From NCBI GenBank assembly GCA_024762935.1, contig JANTGK010000003.1:1-60517 (forward strand): DNA of 60,517 nucleotides, given 5' to 3'. Origin of the DNA: Candidatus Peregrinibacteria bacterium (GTDB lineage: Bacteria; Patescibacteriota; Gracilibacteria; CAIRYL01; GCA-016699755). This document shows, one piece after another, positions 9,685-19,757 of the stretch (within the stretch, counting starts at the first letter, position 1; the number at the start of each line of letters is the position of its first letter). The notes under the pieces were generated by a model, which saw nothing but the letters and a program-made list of their open reading frames with translations, did no database searches and was not told where the DNA came from. Both the position numbers and the translations under genes were made by a program.

Positions 9685-10311
9685 CTAAGAGATCTTTTCA
9701 AAAATTTGACTCTCCCTATTATAATTGAGCACCTTGCCCGTTAAAATATCATAGTACCAACCAAAAACTTGTAGTGCTCCCTTTTTATATTTCTCTGCAA
9801 TAAACGGATATGTAAAGAGATGATTCATCTGTTCGATAATATTTTCCTCTTCGACCATACAATCAAACTCATCTGGAGAAATATTTTTATCTGTCTTTTT
9901 TTTTACGATTCTTTTTGCTTGTTTTGCTAATTCTAGCCATTTCATGGTATGAGGAATATCTTGTGTATCTTCATCAGGGAGAGAAAGAGCCCTGCACCCA
10001 CCACAATTTGAATGGCCGCAAACAACAATATTTTTTACTCGAAGTATTTTTACAGCGTATTCAATAGCAGAGGTGGTAGAATAGAATTCACCACTTTTTC
10101 GAAAAGGAGGAACAATATTCGCTATGTTTCGTACAACAAAAAGATCACCAGGCATACTCTTAGTGATTAGATCAGGAACTACTCGAGAATCTGAACATCC
10201 AATAAAGAGCGTATGTGGATTTTGAGTAACTGATATTCTCTGAAACAGATCTTTGTGATGATGAAAATCTAAATCACCAAATTGCCGAATTCCCTTTATG
10301 AGTCTATCCAC
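9685..10311 (-). CDS. can: Beta-class carbonic anhydrase
   Basis: CSDSRV, PGDLFVVRNIAN and GHSNCGG motifs. Confidence 0.95.
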   Translation of the reverse strand: MDRLIKGIRQFGDLDFHHHKDLFQRISVTQNPHTLFIGCSDSRVVPDLITKSMPGDLFVVRNIANIVPPFRKSGEFYSTTSAIEYAVKILRVKNIVVCGHSNCGGCRALSLPDEDTQDIPHTMKWLELAKQAKRIVKKKTDKNISPDEFDCMVEEENIIEQMNHLFTYPFIAEKYKKGALQVFGWYYDILTGKVLNYNRESQIFEKIS

Positions 10312-10341
10312 GTTCTGATAATAAATTTTAGCACCAGAGTA

Positions 10342-10899
10342 TTAGTCTTCGATTTTTTTGATTCCTGATTCCGTCACAAATCCATCAACAGGTATATCAA
10401 AGGATTCCATAGGAAGTTCATCAAATTTCTGAAAATCAAATATCACCCCTATTTTTTGAATGAGAATATTCCGTAAAAACCGGTCATAGTATCCCCCTCC
10501 AAAACCAAGACGATTCCCCTTTTTATCAATGGCAAGGGCCGGTACAAAAACAAGGTCAAACGCATTTGGATTTACATCTGGAAGATCAGCAGATGGCTCC
10601 ATAATCCCAAAGCTTCCCCGTGATAACTCAGTAACAGATTGCACTTCTTTAAAGAGGAGATTCTCTTGAGAAACACGAGGGAAAGCAATAGTTTTCCTTG
10701 TTATAAACATCTCTGCTAACTGAAGAATATCAGGTTCTCCAAAGGCAGGTGCAAAAAAGAGAATCTTATCAGCAGCAGGGAAAAAAGAAGAGTGCTGAAT
10801 ATATTCAGAGATAGCTCTACTTTTTTGTCTTCGCACTTGTTCTGGAAGCTCACTTCGTTTACGTTTTATTTCTTCCCGAAGGATTTTTTTATAATTCAT
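10342..10899 (-). CDS. ygfA: 5-formyltetrahydrofolate cyclo-ligase
   Basis: DLVFVPALAID..GNRLGFGGGYYDRFL. Confidence 0.93.
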   Translation of the reverse strand: MNYKKILREEIKRKRSELPEQVRRQKSRAISEYIQHSSFFPAADKILFFAPAFGEPDILQLAEMFITRKTIAFPRVSQENLLFKEVQSVTELSRGSFGIMEPSADLPDVNPNAFDLVFVPALAIDKKGNRLGFGGGYYDRFLRNILIQKIGVIFDFQKFDELPMESFDIPVDGFVTESGIKKIED

Positions 10900-12467
10900 G
10901 AGGTTGATTTACTACCAAAAATTTCAGAAATAACCGAAGGGTCAGTAACAGCTTCATCATCACCATTGGAGGCTGGTATTTTTTTCTCAATGGGCTGCAA
11001 GATAACCGACTGAACTTCTGTAACGATATTTATTTGTGGTCCAAAAATATTCTGCACTCCAGCAAGAAGCTTCTGAAAACGATTTGCTTCTTCTACCTGC
11101 TTTTTCCAAGAATCAGCTGAAAATGTGATTTTGAGGGAATTTTCTTTCCCAACCGATGCAGAACTCTGCCCCAGTGCGGCACGAAGCATTCCATCATCCA
11201 ATGTATCAAGAATCTTCCCCCAATTCTCTTGGAGGGTCTCAGCAGTAAGGGCTACTGCTTGGCTGACAATTTCATCTTCTGTTTTTTCTTCCTCTTTTTT
11301 TTCCACTGGTGGCTTTTTTTCGATTCCTTTTGATTCATTTTTTTCTTCTTTCTCTTTTTCTTTCTTCTCCTTGTTCAGAGAGTCATCATCCTTCTTTCCA
11401 AAGAGATGCCACCCTCCATCCTTTTTTTCTTTTGAAATCCCTTCCACAAGCTCTGTTGTTTTAATAATCGCAATTTCAATCGGAAGAGTGGGGATTGAAG
11501 CATCTCTCATGGCTCGACGAGCAAAATCGAAGTTTTCAATATACCCTAATATTGCAGAAAGAAGATCTGGGTTTTTTTCTTCTACAGAGAATTGCAACAT
11601 TTTTTCTCGTAAAAATCCTAGGAGTTGCTCCAAAAAATCATCCAGAGAAAGACCTTCTGATGATATTTCACCGATAAATTCAATGGCACGAGCGGCGTTT
11701 TTTTCAACCAGAAGTCCAAAAAAATCTTCCAGTTGTGATTTCGATGCCAGCCCAAGTTCTTTTTGTAAATGTTCTACTGATACTACTCCTGCTGCAGAAG
11801 CCTGTTCAAACAGACCAATAGCGTCTCGCAAACCTCCTCTCGATTTATTGGCAATAAGCAAAAGAGCCTCTCTGTCGGGCACAGATATACCCTCTCTGTC
11901 AGCTATCTCCTGGAGTCTACCGGCAATTTGCTGAGGGGTAAATCGATGAAAAGTAAACGTCTGACACCGACTCCTAATCGTTTCGGGAACCTTTTGGATT
12001 TCAGTAGTAGCCAAAAGAAAATATGCATGCTCCGGTGGCTCCTCAATAGTCTTTAGGAGAGCATTAAATGCCTCTTTTGTGAGCATGTGAACCTCATCAA
12101 TAATGTAGACTTTTCGTTTTCCGAGAGTAGGAGCAAAATTTATTTTTTCAATCAGTGCCCTTGCATGTTCTATTTTCCGATTACTCGCTCCATCTATTTC
12201 GATGAGATCAACAAAACTTCCGGCATCAGAGGTGGTACAAAATTCACATTCATTACAAGGACCTCCTGCTTCTGTTGGATTTTGACAGTTTAACGCTTTC
12301 GCAAGAATTCGGGCAGTACTCGTTTTTCCAGTTCCTCGAGACCCAAAAAAAAGATAAGCATGAGAGACCTGCTGACTCTTCAGAGCAGATTCAAGTGTTT
12401 GCCTCACAAATTCCTGACCAACAAGGTCAGTAAGTGACTTTGGGCGATATTTCTGATAAAGGGCCAT
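10896..12467 (-). CDS. dnaX: DNA polymerase III subunit gamma/tau
   Basis: LYQKYRP, GSRGTGKTS, Zn-binding Cys cluster, IIDEVHML, SRC. Confidence 0.97.
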   Translation of the reverse strand: MALYQKYRPKSLTDLVGQEFVRQTLESALKSQQVSHAYLFFGSRGTGKTSTARILAKALNCQNPTEAGGPCNECEFCTTSDAGSFVDLIEIDGASNRKIEHARALIEKINFAPTLGKRKVYIIDEVHMLTKEAFNALLKTIEEPPEHAYFLLATTEIQKVPETIRSRCQTFTFHRFTPQQIAGRLQEIADREGISVPDREALLLIANKSRGGLRDAIGLFEQASAAGVVSVEHLQKELGLASKSQLEDFFGLLVEKNAARAIEFIGEISSEGLSLDDFLEQLLGFLREKMLQFSVEEKNPDLLSAILGYIENFDFARRAMRDASIPTLPIEIAIIKTTELVEGISKEKKDGGWHLFGKKDDDSLNKEKKEKEKEEKNESKGIEKKPPVEKKEEEKTEDEIVSQAVALTAETLQENWGKILDTLDDGMLRAALGQSSASVGKENSLKITFSADSWKKQVEEANRFQKLLAGVQNIFGPQINIVTEVQSVILQPIEKKIPASNGDDEAVTDPSVISEIFGSKSTS

Positions 12468-12481
12468 ACAAAGAGAAAATA

Positions 12482-13324
12482 TTACTGCTGTGTTTTATCT
12501 TTTTGAATCCTCTCGAGGAGACTATTATCTCTCCGGAAAATAAGAAATATAAGAGATCCAATCGCTATTGAAAGGCCAAAAAAAATGGGGAGGCGAATAC
12601 CAAACAAATGCGTCACACTATCACCTCTAAAAAACTCTAAAAAAGCATTTACAATACCGAGAACAAAGAGCATCACTGCAAAAAATTTTCCTTCCTTCCA
12701 CCTTCTCCAAATCTTTCTTTTCCAGAGATACCACCCAATAAGAAAAATTATAGACAGCAGTACTGTTGCGTAGAGTTGTACTGCATATAACGAACCAGAA
12801 TATCTGACATCCGTCATATTATATTCAATAACAAAAGGATACTTCAGCCAATCTGGAGCTGGCTTTCCATATCCCCAACCAGAAAAATATCCTCCAAGAG
12901 AAACAAAAATTGAAATAACAACACCGGGGAGTATAAAAGCATCAAGCCAAGCAAAATGTTTTTGTTTTCTCCAAAATGCGAGAACAAAAAAAACAACGAA
13001 AAATCCTCCTACTGCCCAATCAGACCGAATACCGCTATTCCCAAACAGGAAAAATGAGCGGAAAATTTCACCAATATTCGTATACCATGGTCCAGAAAGT
13101 CGAAATTCTATTGAATTCCAAAGCGATAAAAAAGCGCCGAATCTTCCCAAAAAAAGTGGAATAACAACAAAGAGTAAAAGATGGTCACTCAAAAACTTTA
13201 ATGAGACCTCTTCATCACGAACAGTACGAATCAACACCCAAGAAGCGAGTATAATACCAATAAAAGTAATAATTCCTCCCACAGAGACAATAAAAGGGCC
13301 CACAGGAAAGGAATCAAAGTTCAT
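12482..13324 (-). CDS. lgt: Prolipoprotein diacylglyceryl transferase family protein
   Basis: Multi-TM; GR-x-G, YG-K-P, QLY and EFFRGD motifs; divergent. Confidence 0.75.
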   Translation of the reverse strand: MNFDSFPVGPFIVSVGGIITFIGIILASWVLIRTVRDEEVSLKFLSDHLLLFVVIPLFLGRFGAFLSLWNSIEFRLSGPWYTNIGEIFRSFFLFGNSGIRSDWAVGGFFVVFFVLAFWRKQKHFAWLDAFILPGVVISIFVSLGGYFSGWGYGKPAPDWLKYPFVIEYNMTDVRYSGSLYAVQLYATVLLSIIFLIGWYLWKRKIWRRWKEGKFFAVMLFVLGIVNAFLEFFRGDSVTHLFGIRLPIFFGLSIAIGSLIFLIFRRDNSLLERIQKDKTQQ

Positions 13325-13493
13325 TTCGAAGTAAAAAAACTCCACTGAAATATGCCAAAAGAGAGATGAAAAAGCAAACCACCATTACAAATTTTATACG
13401 GCGAAAAAAGATTTCACCTTTCGAATACTTTTTACAAGGTATGCATACGGTGATATTTCTTTTTTTTAAAAGAATAATCTACACTCATTGTGC

Positions 13494-14594
13494 ATGAGAA
13501 TTTTCCCATTTATTTTGGCATCCATCCTTCTTTTTTCAGGGTGCCACTCCACCACTTCAAATCCCGATTCGATTGTCAAAAAGAAAAGAGAGAGTTCTAT
13601 TCTTTTTCTTGGGGACACAAGCTTTGGTGAAAACTATCAAGAAAAGTTAAAAACAAATATTTTAGAAACAAAAGGATATGATTACCCCTTTCGAAATTTT
13701 GATTCCATTCTTCAATCAGTAGATCTCACCATTGCAAACCTTGAAACTCCGATTGTTGACAAAGGCACCTCCCCTCTAAAAGATAAAAAAAAATATATTC
13801 ACTGGGTCAATACAGAAAAAACCCTCATAACCCTCCTCAAACATGGGATACATACCTTTATACTCGCCAATAATCACAGCATGGATTTTGGTAATGAAGG
13901 ACTTGATTCGACTCTCGATTCTCTTCAAAAATACAATATGACAGGATTTGGAGCCGGTAGAACAACAGAAGAAGCGAAAATGTACTTTACGTACCAGTGG
14001 CAGAATGACCTCACATTGGCTGTACTTACTGGATTTCCTTACAATAAAACATACAATGAAAAGTATAACTTTTACACGAATAATGAGCACGGTGGAGTCA
14101 ACATGCTCGATTCAGAAGAACTACGACGCCAAATACAAGAAATTCACAAAAATTATAAAAATCCTTTTATTGTTGTTTCTCCCCATTGGGGTAACAATTA
14201 TAAAAAAATAACAAAATCACAAGTCGATATGGCACACAAAATTATTGATGCTGGTGCAGATCTCATCATCGGACATGGAGCACATATTGCTCAACAAACA
14301 GAAGAATATAAAGGAAAGTGGATTATCTATAATCTTGGGAATTTTATCTTCAATTCACCAGGAAGATATCAAAAATTAAATGTTCCTCCTATTAGTCTTA
14401 TAGCACGACTTACGAGTACTGAAGAAGAAATATTACTCCGTCTCTATCCTATTTTTACTGACAACCTGATAACCAACTATCAAAGCCGCTTTGTAACAAA
14501 AACAGAATTTCAACGCGCGACAACAATACAAAATGGTCAAAAAGGTCGAGATGAATATGGGTATTATATGGAAATAAACCTCAGCAGATTATAA
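13494..14594 (+). CDS. CapA-family (PGA_cap) metallophosphatase-fold lipoprotein
   Basis: Lipobox FSGC; GD, NLETP, LANNHSMDFG, HWG, GHGAH and YNLGNF motifs. Confidence 0.88.
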   Translation: MRIFPFILASILLFSGCHSTTSNPDSIVKKKRESSILFLGDTSFGENYQEKLKTNILETKGYDYPFRNFDSILQSVDLTIANLETPIVDKGTSPLKDKKKYIHWVNTEKTLITLLKHGIHTFILANNHSMDFGNEGLDSTLDSLQKYNMTGFGAGRTTEEAKMYFTYQWQNDLTLAVLTGFPYNKTYNEKYNFYTNNEHGGVNMLDSEELRRQIQEIHKNYKNPFIVVSPHWGNNYKKITKSQVDMAHKIIDAGADLIIGHGAHIAQQTEEYKGKWIIYNLGNFIFNSPGRYQKLNVPPISLIARLTSTEEEILLRLYPIFTDNLITNYQSRFVTKTEFQRATTIQNGQKGRDEYGYYMEINLSRL

Positions 14595-14644
14595 TCTTGG
14601 TGAAGCTTGTGGCTATTATCTAGAAGCTCTCCTCTCCATTCTTA

Positions 14645-14724
14645 TCACTTTGTCACTTTGATACTCTGTCACTTTGCAGCTTTGAAACTTTGTATCTTTG
14701 TATCTTTGCAGCTTTGTAACTTTC
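14645..14724. repeat. Degenerate octamer array (NNNCTTTG) x10
   Basis: tcactttg tcactttg atactctg tcactttg cagctttg aaactttg tatctttg tatctttg cagctttg taactttc. Confidence 0.9.
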
Positions 14725-14737
14725 AAACATTAAAAAT

Positions 14738-15319
14738 TTAAAATTGGGAATTTTGATTAATAAAATTCCCCACCACCGTCACATTTTGTCCTGAAGATAA
14801 ATCCCCCTGCCTTCTCCAACTCGCCCATTTTTCATTTTCAAAAGTAGATTCACCATGAAATTCACTGCCGGAAGGCAATACAGACTGTACAGCATCTAAA
14901 AATTGAAACTGCACTATTCCCCCACTCTCATCAAAAAATTTTTCTCCAAAACGACTCTTAATCTGCTTATGGCAATCATCTCTCTGTATCTCAAATTGAG
15001 TATGAAGTGGTCCAATCCAAATTTTTTGTAATGGATCATCAATAAACGCATCCAACATTTTTTCAAGGATTCCAGTAATGAGACCTCTCCAACCAGCATG
15101 AGCAATACCATATTTCTTTTTTCCTATAAAGACCACTGGAGCACAATCTGCAGTCTTTATCCCAAGACAGAATTCTCTATTTTGAGTAAAAAGGCCATCG
15201 CACATATCTACATTTTCATCACCTGTCACAACCTCCATAATCCTATTTGAATGCGTTTGTTTTGGAAAAATAATATTCTCATCCAACTGGGAACCCGGAG
15301 GAAATGTTTCGTAGTACAT
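14738..15319 (-). CDS. pgeF: YfiH/PgeF (laccase-domain) family protein, short form
   Basis: QTHS, CDGL, TADCAP, AHAGWRG and IGP motifs. Confidence 0.85.
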   Translation of the reverse strand: MYYETFPPGSQLDENIIFPKQTHSNRIMEVVTGDENVDMCDGLFTQNREFCLGIKTADCAPVVFIGKKKYGIAHAGWRGLITGILEKMLDAFIDDPLQKIWIGPLHTQFEIQRDDCHKQIKSRFGEKFFDESGGIVQFQFLDAVQSVLPSGSEFHGESTFENEKWASWRRQGDLSSGQNVTVVGNFINQNSQF

Positions 15320-15410
15320 AGAAAAAAAATATCATAAATTGGTATTTTTTTCGATGAAATATTGACAATCGATAAAAAAGGATAGAAAATAGTTTCCTTT
15401 TTTCATCTCT

Positions 15411-15878
15411 ATGACTACAGAAACACAAAACGAAGAATCCCAATTGTTAAAAATAAAATTAGAAAATGGTGATAATCAGGCAACGATACTTTATAAGGCA
15501 TCTCGTATGATTCAAGAGGTCTTTAGAAATAGCATTCCCATTGAGATGAAACCATTACTATCCACATTGGAAGAACTCACAGCACAAAAGGACGGAAAAA
15601 TACCAGAAGAGGATATCGATTCACTTACTCAAGCCATTAAAAGTCTCTCCTCTTCTTTACCTGAACAAGTAAATGCAGAGACCCAAAAAAGGATACGGCA
15701 GTATCTCGAAAATCTTATAATCAGTACTGGAGATATTAATTACCAATATACGTGGTTTGAAACCATAACAGAAACAGGAGGAAACTATCCCCCCATTAGA
15801 AACAATGCCAGTGTCACACCAAAAGGCATCATTGATAATTACAATGGAAGACTTCTCTATTCCGTAAATAATGGATAG
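15411..15878 (+). CDS. Hypothetical protein
   Basis: 155-aa ORF with normal composition; TTGACA upstream at 15362. Confidence 0.6.
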   Translation: MTTETQNEESQLLKIKLENGDNQATILYKASRMIQEVFRNSIPIEMKPLLSTLEELTAQKDGKIPEEDIDSLTQAIKSLSSSLPEQVNAETQKRIRQYLENLIISTGDINYQYTWFETITETGGNYPPIRNNASVTPKGIIDNYNGRLLYSVNNG

Positions 15879-15959
15879 AAAAAGCGATTGTTCCATGATT
15901 TACAGATAATTTGCTTTTTTTAATATATTATGTTATAGTAAAATATTCATAAAAATAAA

Positions 15960-16802
15960 ATGAATAAAAAAAATATCGTTGCTTTCTCAATTGCAACAAT
16001 CATATTGCCAGTAATGGCTTTCTGGCAGTTCGTATCCTATGAAGAAGGAACTTCTCTTTCCATAGAAAAACTCATGGCAAATACTATGAATGAAACGAAC
16101 GGAAAAAAAGCAAAAAAACTAGCAGATATCACATGGATATCATGTGAAGATACAGACGGAGGAATGAACGCAGAAGAAAAAGGTGAAATAGAAGTCATGT
16201 TCTCAAAACATGAAAAAGTATATTCAAAAAAACTTTCTGACCAAAACTTTCAATGGAAGGGAAAGACTGGTATTGCAGAACTTGGATGCAATGGTTCTGT
16301 TCCAAGAATTCGCTTTATTGCATGTGTGCCGATTTCAAATGGACTCTGTCCATCAAAAGAAAAAAATATTTCTGAAGATACCATTGCTGATACAGATAAA
16401 ATATCACTTTCAATAAAGGTCTCTAAAAATCGAACAGAATTTTCAAAAAGTCTCACCGTTACAGCAACTGATGACTACCTTGAAGTCTTCACCCCTTTTT
16501 ACTACGAGGTAAAGATTTTAAATGATGGAAATACGGTAAGAGATATTATTCTCACAAAAAACTCTCAAGAAAATAAGAATGTAAGAGATATTCTCTATGA
16601 AGGAATGTTCTGCCCTGAAAACACGCAGTGTACTGGAAGTCTCAGTGAAGGGAGCGTTTTAATAGAGAATTTACAGCCAGGTGAAGCAGTTTCTATACAT
16701 TATGAACGTGATGTCAGTACGCATGAAAAATTCATGTATGCTGAAAAGATCTCTCTTGATGATGGGCAAAAAAATGCCGCAATCCTAAGAGTGCAAGAGT
16801 AG
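15960..16802 (+). CDS. Secreted Cys-containing protein with a CxDxDGG motif and a DUF11-like Ig module
   Basis: N-terminal hydrophobic leader; CEDTDGG; YEVKILNDG..IENLQPGEAVSIHY. Confidence 0.6.
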   Translation: MNKKNIVAFSIATIILPVMAFWQFVSYEEGTSLSIEKLMANTMNETNGKKAKKLADITWISCEDTDGGMNAEEKGEIEVMFSKHEKVYSKKLSDQNFQWKGKTGIAELGCNGSVPRIRFIACVPISNGLCPSKEKNISEDTIADTDKISLSIKVSKNRTEFSKSLTVTATDDYLEVFTPFYYEVKILNDGNTVRDIILTKNSQENKNVRDILYEGMFCPENTQCTGSLSEGSVLIENLQPGEAVSIHYERDVSTHEKFMYAEKISLDDGQKNAAILRVQE

Positions 16803-16824
16803 TAATATATAAGATTTTTTTCTT

Positions 16825-18414
16825 TTACAAAAGTGATAAAACTTTTTTGATATCTCTCTGTTCCTGCGTTTTTAAAAGGTTCGAAAGGGTCTGCTGAGAA
16901 AATCGTTCACCAGAGTTTTGTAAAACTCTCTCCATTCTTTTTACTATTTTTCTTTTCTGAGCATCATGCGTTTCATAGAGGATATTCTCCTTCGATGAAT
17001 ACAACTCTACTCGTCCTTTTCCCTCCACTATTTCCTGCAGCCCTTCTCTCTGCCTATCCAGATCTTCCCCCTCCACGGCTCCCTCTGAAAGATCGACTGT
17101 AAAAATATCTGAATTCTCTGGAAATTTTGTTTCTTGAAGACGCGATATTTGCCTATCTGAAAGTACCTTTTCTCCTGTTCCCTCCATCTTTTCAATTTTT
17201 GCCTTCTCTTTGATTTGTTTACAGCAACAAAGATAGAGAGAATACAGATATGCAAAGTGATTATTTCTTTCTGAAAGAGATAAAAGCTGGTCCTTTTTTG
17301 TGGCAACCTCCTGCAATTCATCACTGTCCTCACCTCTTTCCTCGTCTTCTGTATCAAGAGTATCTGAACTACTATAGACTTGCTTGTCTTTGAGAATGTA
17401 TTTCCTACACTTGGAAATATTTTTAATAACTTCAGAACGAATTCCTTGCACTTTTACCCTATTTTTATAAGTTAAGAGTTGCAAATTGACAGCAGATACT
17501 TCTAAAAACAAATCTGTATGAGTCGCAAGAGACTCTTTCCATCCTTCTTCCCTGAGAGCATAATCAATACTTTGTCTCGCATCTGAAACGATATCTTTAC
17601 TCTTTTTATTCTCACAACACACTCTTATACTCGTATCAATTTTACCAATAAGAACCTCCATTCCAGGCACCTGAGATGAAAGAATCTTGCCCCGAAGTGC
17701 TTCATATTTTTCAAGAACACTCACCCATTTTTCTTGTGAATCCAAAAGTTGATTATATTCGGCATGAAATGAAGCGATTGCAATATTATCGTGCATCTCC
17801 CTCGCTTTCTGAAGAAAAAGAGTTTTGTACTTCGGAATCGAAGTAGTATTCGCAGCCATTTTATATTCCGTTTCCAACTGCCTCCAAAGAGAGACCGAAG
17901 GGTTCCAGTCTTTTTTCAGAATCTTATTTTCTTTCTGCAAAAGAAGTGATTTCTTTTCTTTTGCATCAAGGTTTTTATGTGTTATTTCAAGTGCATCCTC
18001 GAGTTTCTTTCTTAAGTCGGCCTGATATGCCACGGGAACATTTTCTCGTGTAACCCTCCTGAGAAGATCTGTATATATTTTTTCTGATTCCTTCCAACTT
18101 CTATTTGATGTAATGGTCTCTTTGAGAGAGACATGTATCTCAGCTACATTTATCTTTTGCCTGATCTGAATAAGCTTTTTTTCAGCAAAAGAAGATCCTC
18201 TTTGTGAGAGCTGTTCATATTCTTTGTAGAGAATCTCCCAGAGAGGAATCGACTCCTTCCATCCAACCCCCATAATGTTATTTTCCTGAGACTTGAGTTC
18301 AAAAAGCTTCTGATGATATTCGCTCTTTTCTCCCAGAGAATCTCCCTGATTCGGTGATGACAATTCCCATCTAGGCAGTTCTCTAAAAGCCAAAGGTGAT
18401 ACGTTTCCATTCAT
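16825..18414 (-). CDS. Hypothetical helical/coiled-coil protein
   Basis: 529-aa charged ORF with recurring W-K-E-S-like helix starts; no family recognised. Confidence 0.65.
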   Translation of the reverse strand: MNGNVSPLAFRELPRWELSSPNQGDSLGEKSEYHQKLFELKSQENNIMGVGWKESIPLWEILYKEYEQLSQRGSSFAEKKLIQIRQKINVAEIHVSLKETITSNRSWKESEKIYTDLLRRVTRENVPVAYQADLRKKLEDALEITHKNLDAKEKKSLLLQKENKILKKDWNPSVSLWRQLETEYKMAANTTSIPKYKTLFLQKAREMHDNIAIASFHAEYNQLLDSQEKWVSVLEKYEALRGKILSSQVPGMEVLIGKIDTSIRVCCENKKSKDIVSDARQSIDYALREEGWKESLATHTDLFLEVSAVNLQLLTYKNRVKVQGIRSEVIKNISKCRKYILKDKQVYSSSDTLDTEDEERGEDSDELQEVATKKDQLLSLSERNNHFAYLYSLYLCCCKQIKEKAKIEKMEGTGEKVLSDRQISRLQETKFPENSDIFTVDLSEGAVEGEDLDRQREGLQEIVEGKGRVELYSSKENILYETHDAQKRKIVKRMERVLQNSGERFSQQTLSNLLKTQEQRDIKKVLSLL

Positions 18415-18631
18415 ATATCCCTATTCTACATGTTTATCATAATTGTAAACACTCTCTTTACCCAGGAACTTCAATCTATGCCTCTGCCAAGTAGGTGTTT
18501 GCAAAGCAAGCTGAATATTCTCTCGAGTACAATTAATGTTGATCCATAGTCAAGTAAGAAATTTCTTATAAAAAAAATGTTTCCTATAGAATCATGAATA
18601 TAAAATGTTCATTCCTCATTTCCAATGCGTA

Positions 18632-19630
18632 TTAGCTTCTCAAAAGGAGTTCATGTGCTTCGAGGGCACAAATAGCTCCTTCAGCAGCAGCTACTACCAC
18701 TTGTTTATGGACCTGATTACTACAGTCACCTCCTGCAAAAATTCCTTTTGTTTGTGTTTCGCATCGAGATGAAGTAATTATTTCCCTTCCCTCATTGAGC
18801 TTCACCACCTTTTCCAAAAATTTTGTAGCTGGCTTTTGACCAATTTCTTCAAAAATACCCTCACACAAAAGTTCATGCATGGCACTATCCTTTTTGTATG
18901 AAACGGCGCGTACTTTATCATTGGCATCCAAAAGTACCTCTTTTGTATCAGCATTGGTAATGACTTGTATATGCGGAGATTTTTCAATTTTTTCTCTCAT
19001 GCATACTTCTCCAATGAGTTCATCATCATAAACCAAGAGGGTAATATCATCGGTAAATTTATCAAGTTGAAGCGCAACATCCATGGCAGAATTGCCGCCA
19101 CCAATAACTACCATTTTTTTATCCTTATAGAGTGGAGCATCACATGTAGCGCAAAAGCTGAGTCCATTTCCCTGCATGGCAATTTTTTCTCCGGGGACCT
19201 CCAGCGTTCGAGGGATTTTCCCTGTCGTACATATAATTGTTTTGGCAGAAAAAGTCTGGTTTGTATCAGTTTTTATCTGAAAACCAGTTTCAAACGTTCC
19301 ATCAACACAAGTCGCCCGTTCATTTTCCCGAACCCAGAGATCAAAATGAGCATTGTCATTATCCACTGTACGAACATGATCAAAAAACTGTTTTGTGAGC
19401 TCTGGTCCAGTAGCCTGTGCAACCCCTGTCCAGTTCTCAATATCTGATGACCACATCATCTGTCCTCCCACTTTTCCACAAATAAGAAGAATTTTCATCT
19501 TTCTTCGAGCCGCATAAATAGCAGCCGTCATTCCAGCAGGCCCGGCACCGATGATAATCGTATCAAATACTTCAGGGTATGTATTTTCATCAGTTTCACA
19601 GTTTATGCATGACCAATCTCTTTCTTTCAT
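18632..19630 (-). CDS. trxB: Thioredoxin reductase (AhpF C-terminal-like)
   Basis: GAGPAG, CATCD, GGGNSA and GIFAGGD motifs. Confidence 0.9.
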   Translation of the reverse strand: MKERDWSCINCETDENTYPEVFDTIIIGAGPAGMTAAIYAARRKMKILLICGKVGGQMMWSSDIENWTGVAQATGPELTKQFFDHVRTVDNDNAHFDLWVRENERATCVDGTFETGFQIKTDTNQTFSAKTIICTTGKIPRTLEVPGEKIAMQGNGLSFCATCDAPLYKDKKMVVIGGGNSAMDVALQLDKFTDDITLLVYDDELIGEVCMREKIEKSPHIQVITNADTKEVLLDANDKVRAVSYKKDSAMHELLCEGIFEEIGQKPATKFLEKVVKLNEGREIITSSRCETQTKGIFAGGDCSNQVHKQVVVAAAEGAICALEAHELLLRS

Positions 19631-19757
19631 ATTTTTTATATATATTTTACAGAGGAGTATAACAAATAATACACTTTTTTACAATATATCTTGAATTTAT
19701 CAATTCATATAATTATGAGCTCAAAAGCCAAATGTAGCGTTTACGAATCGTATTCAC

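Noticed and set aside
10342-10920. 6S RNA upstream of ygfA
   Set aside because: ygfA overlaps the dnaX stop, leaving no room
11125-11934. 269-aa plus-strand ORF
   Set aside because: Antisense shadow of the K/E-rich dnaX linker (S/F-rich)
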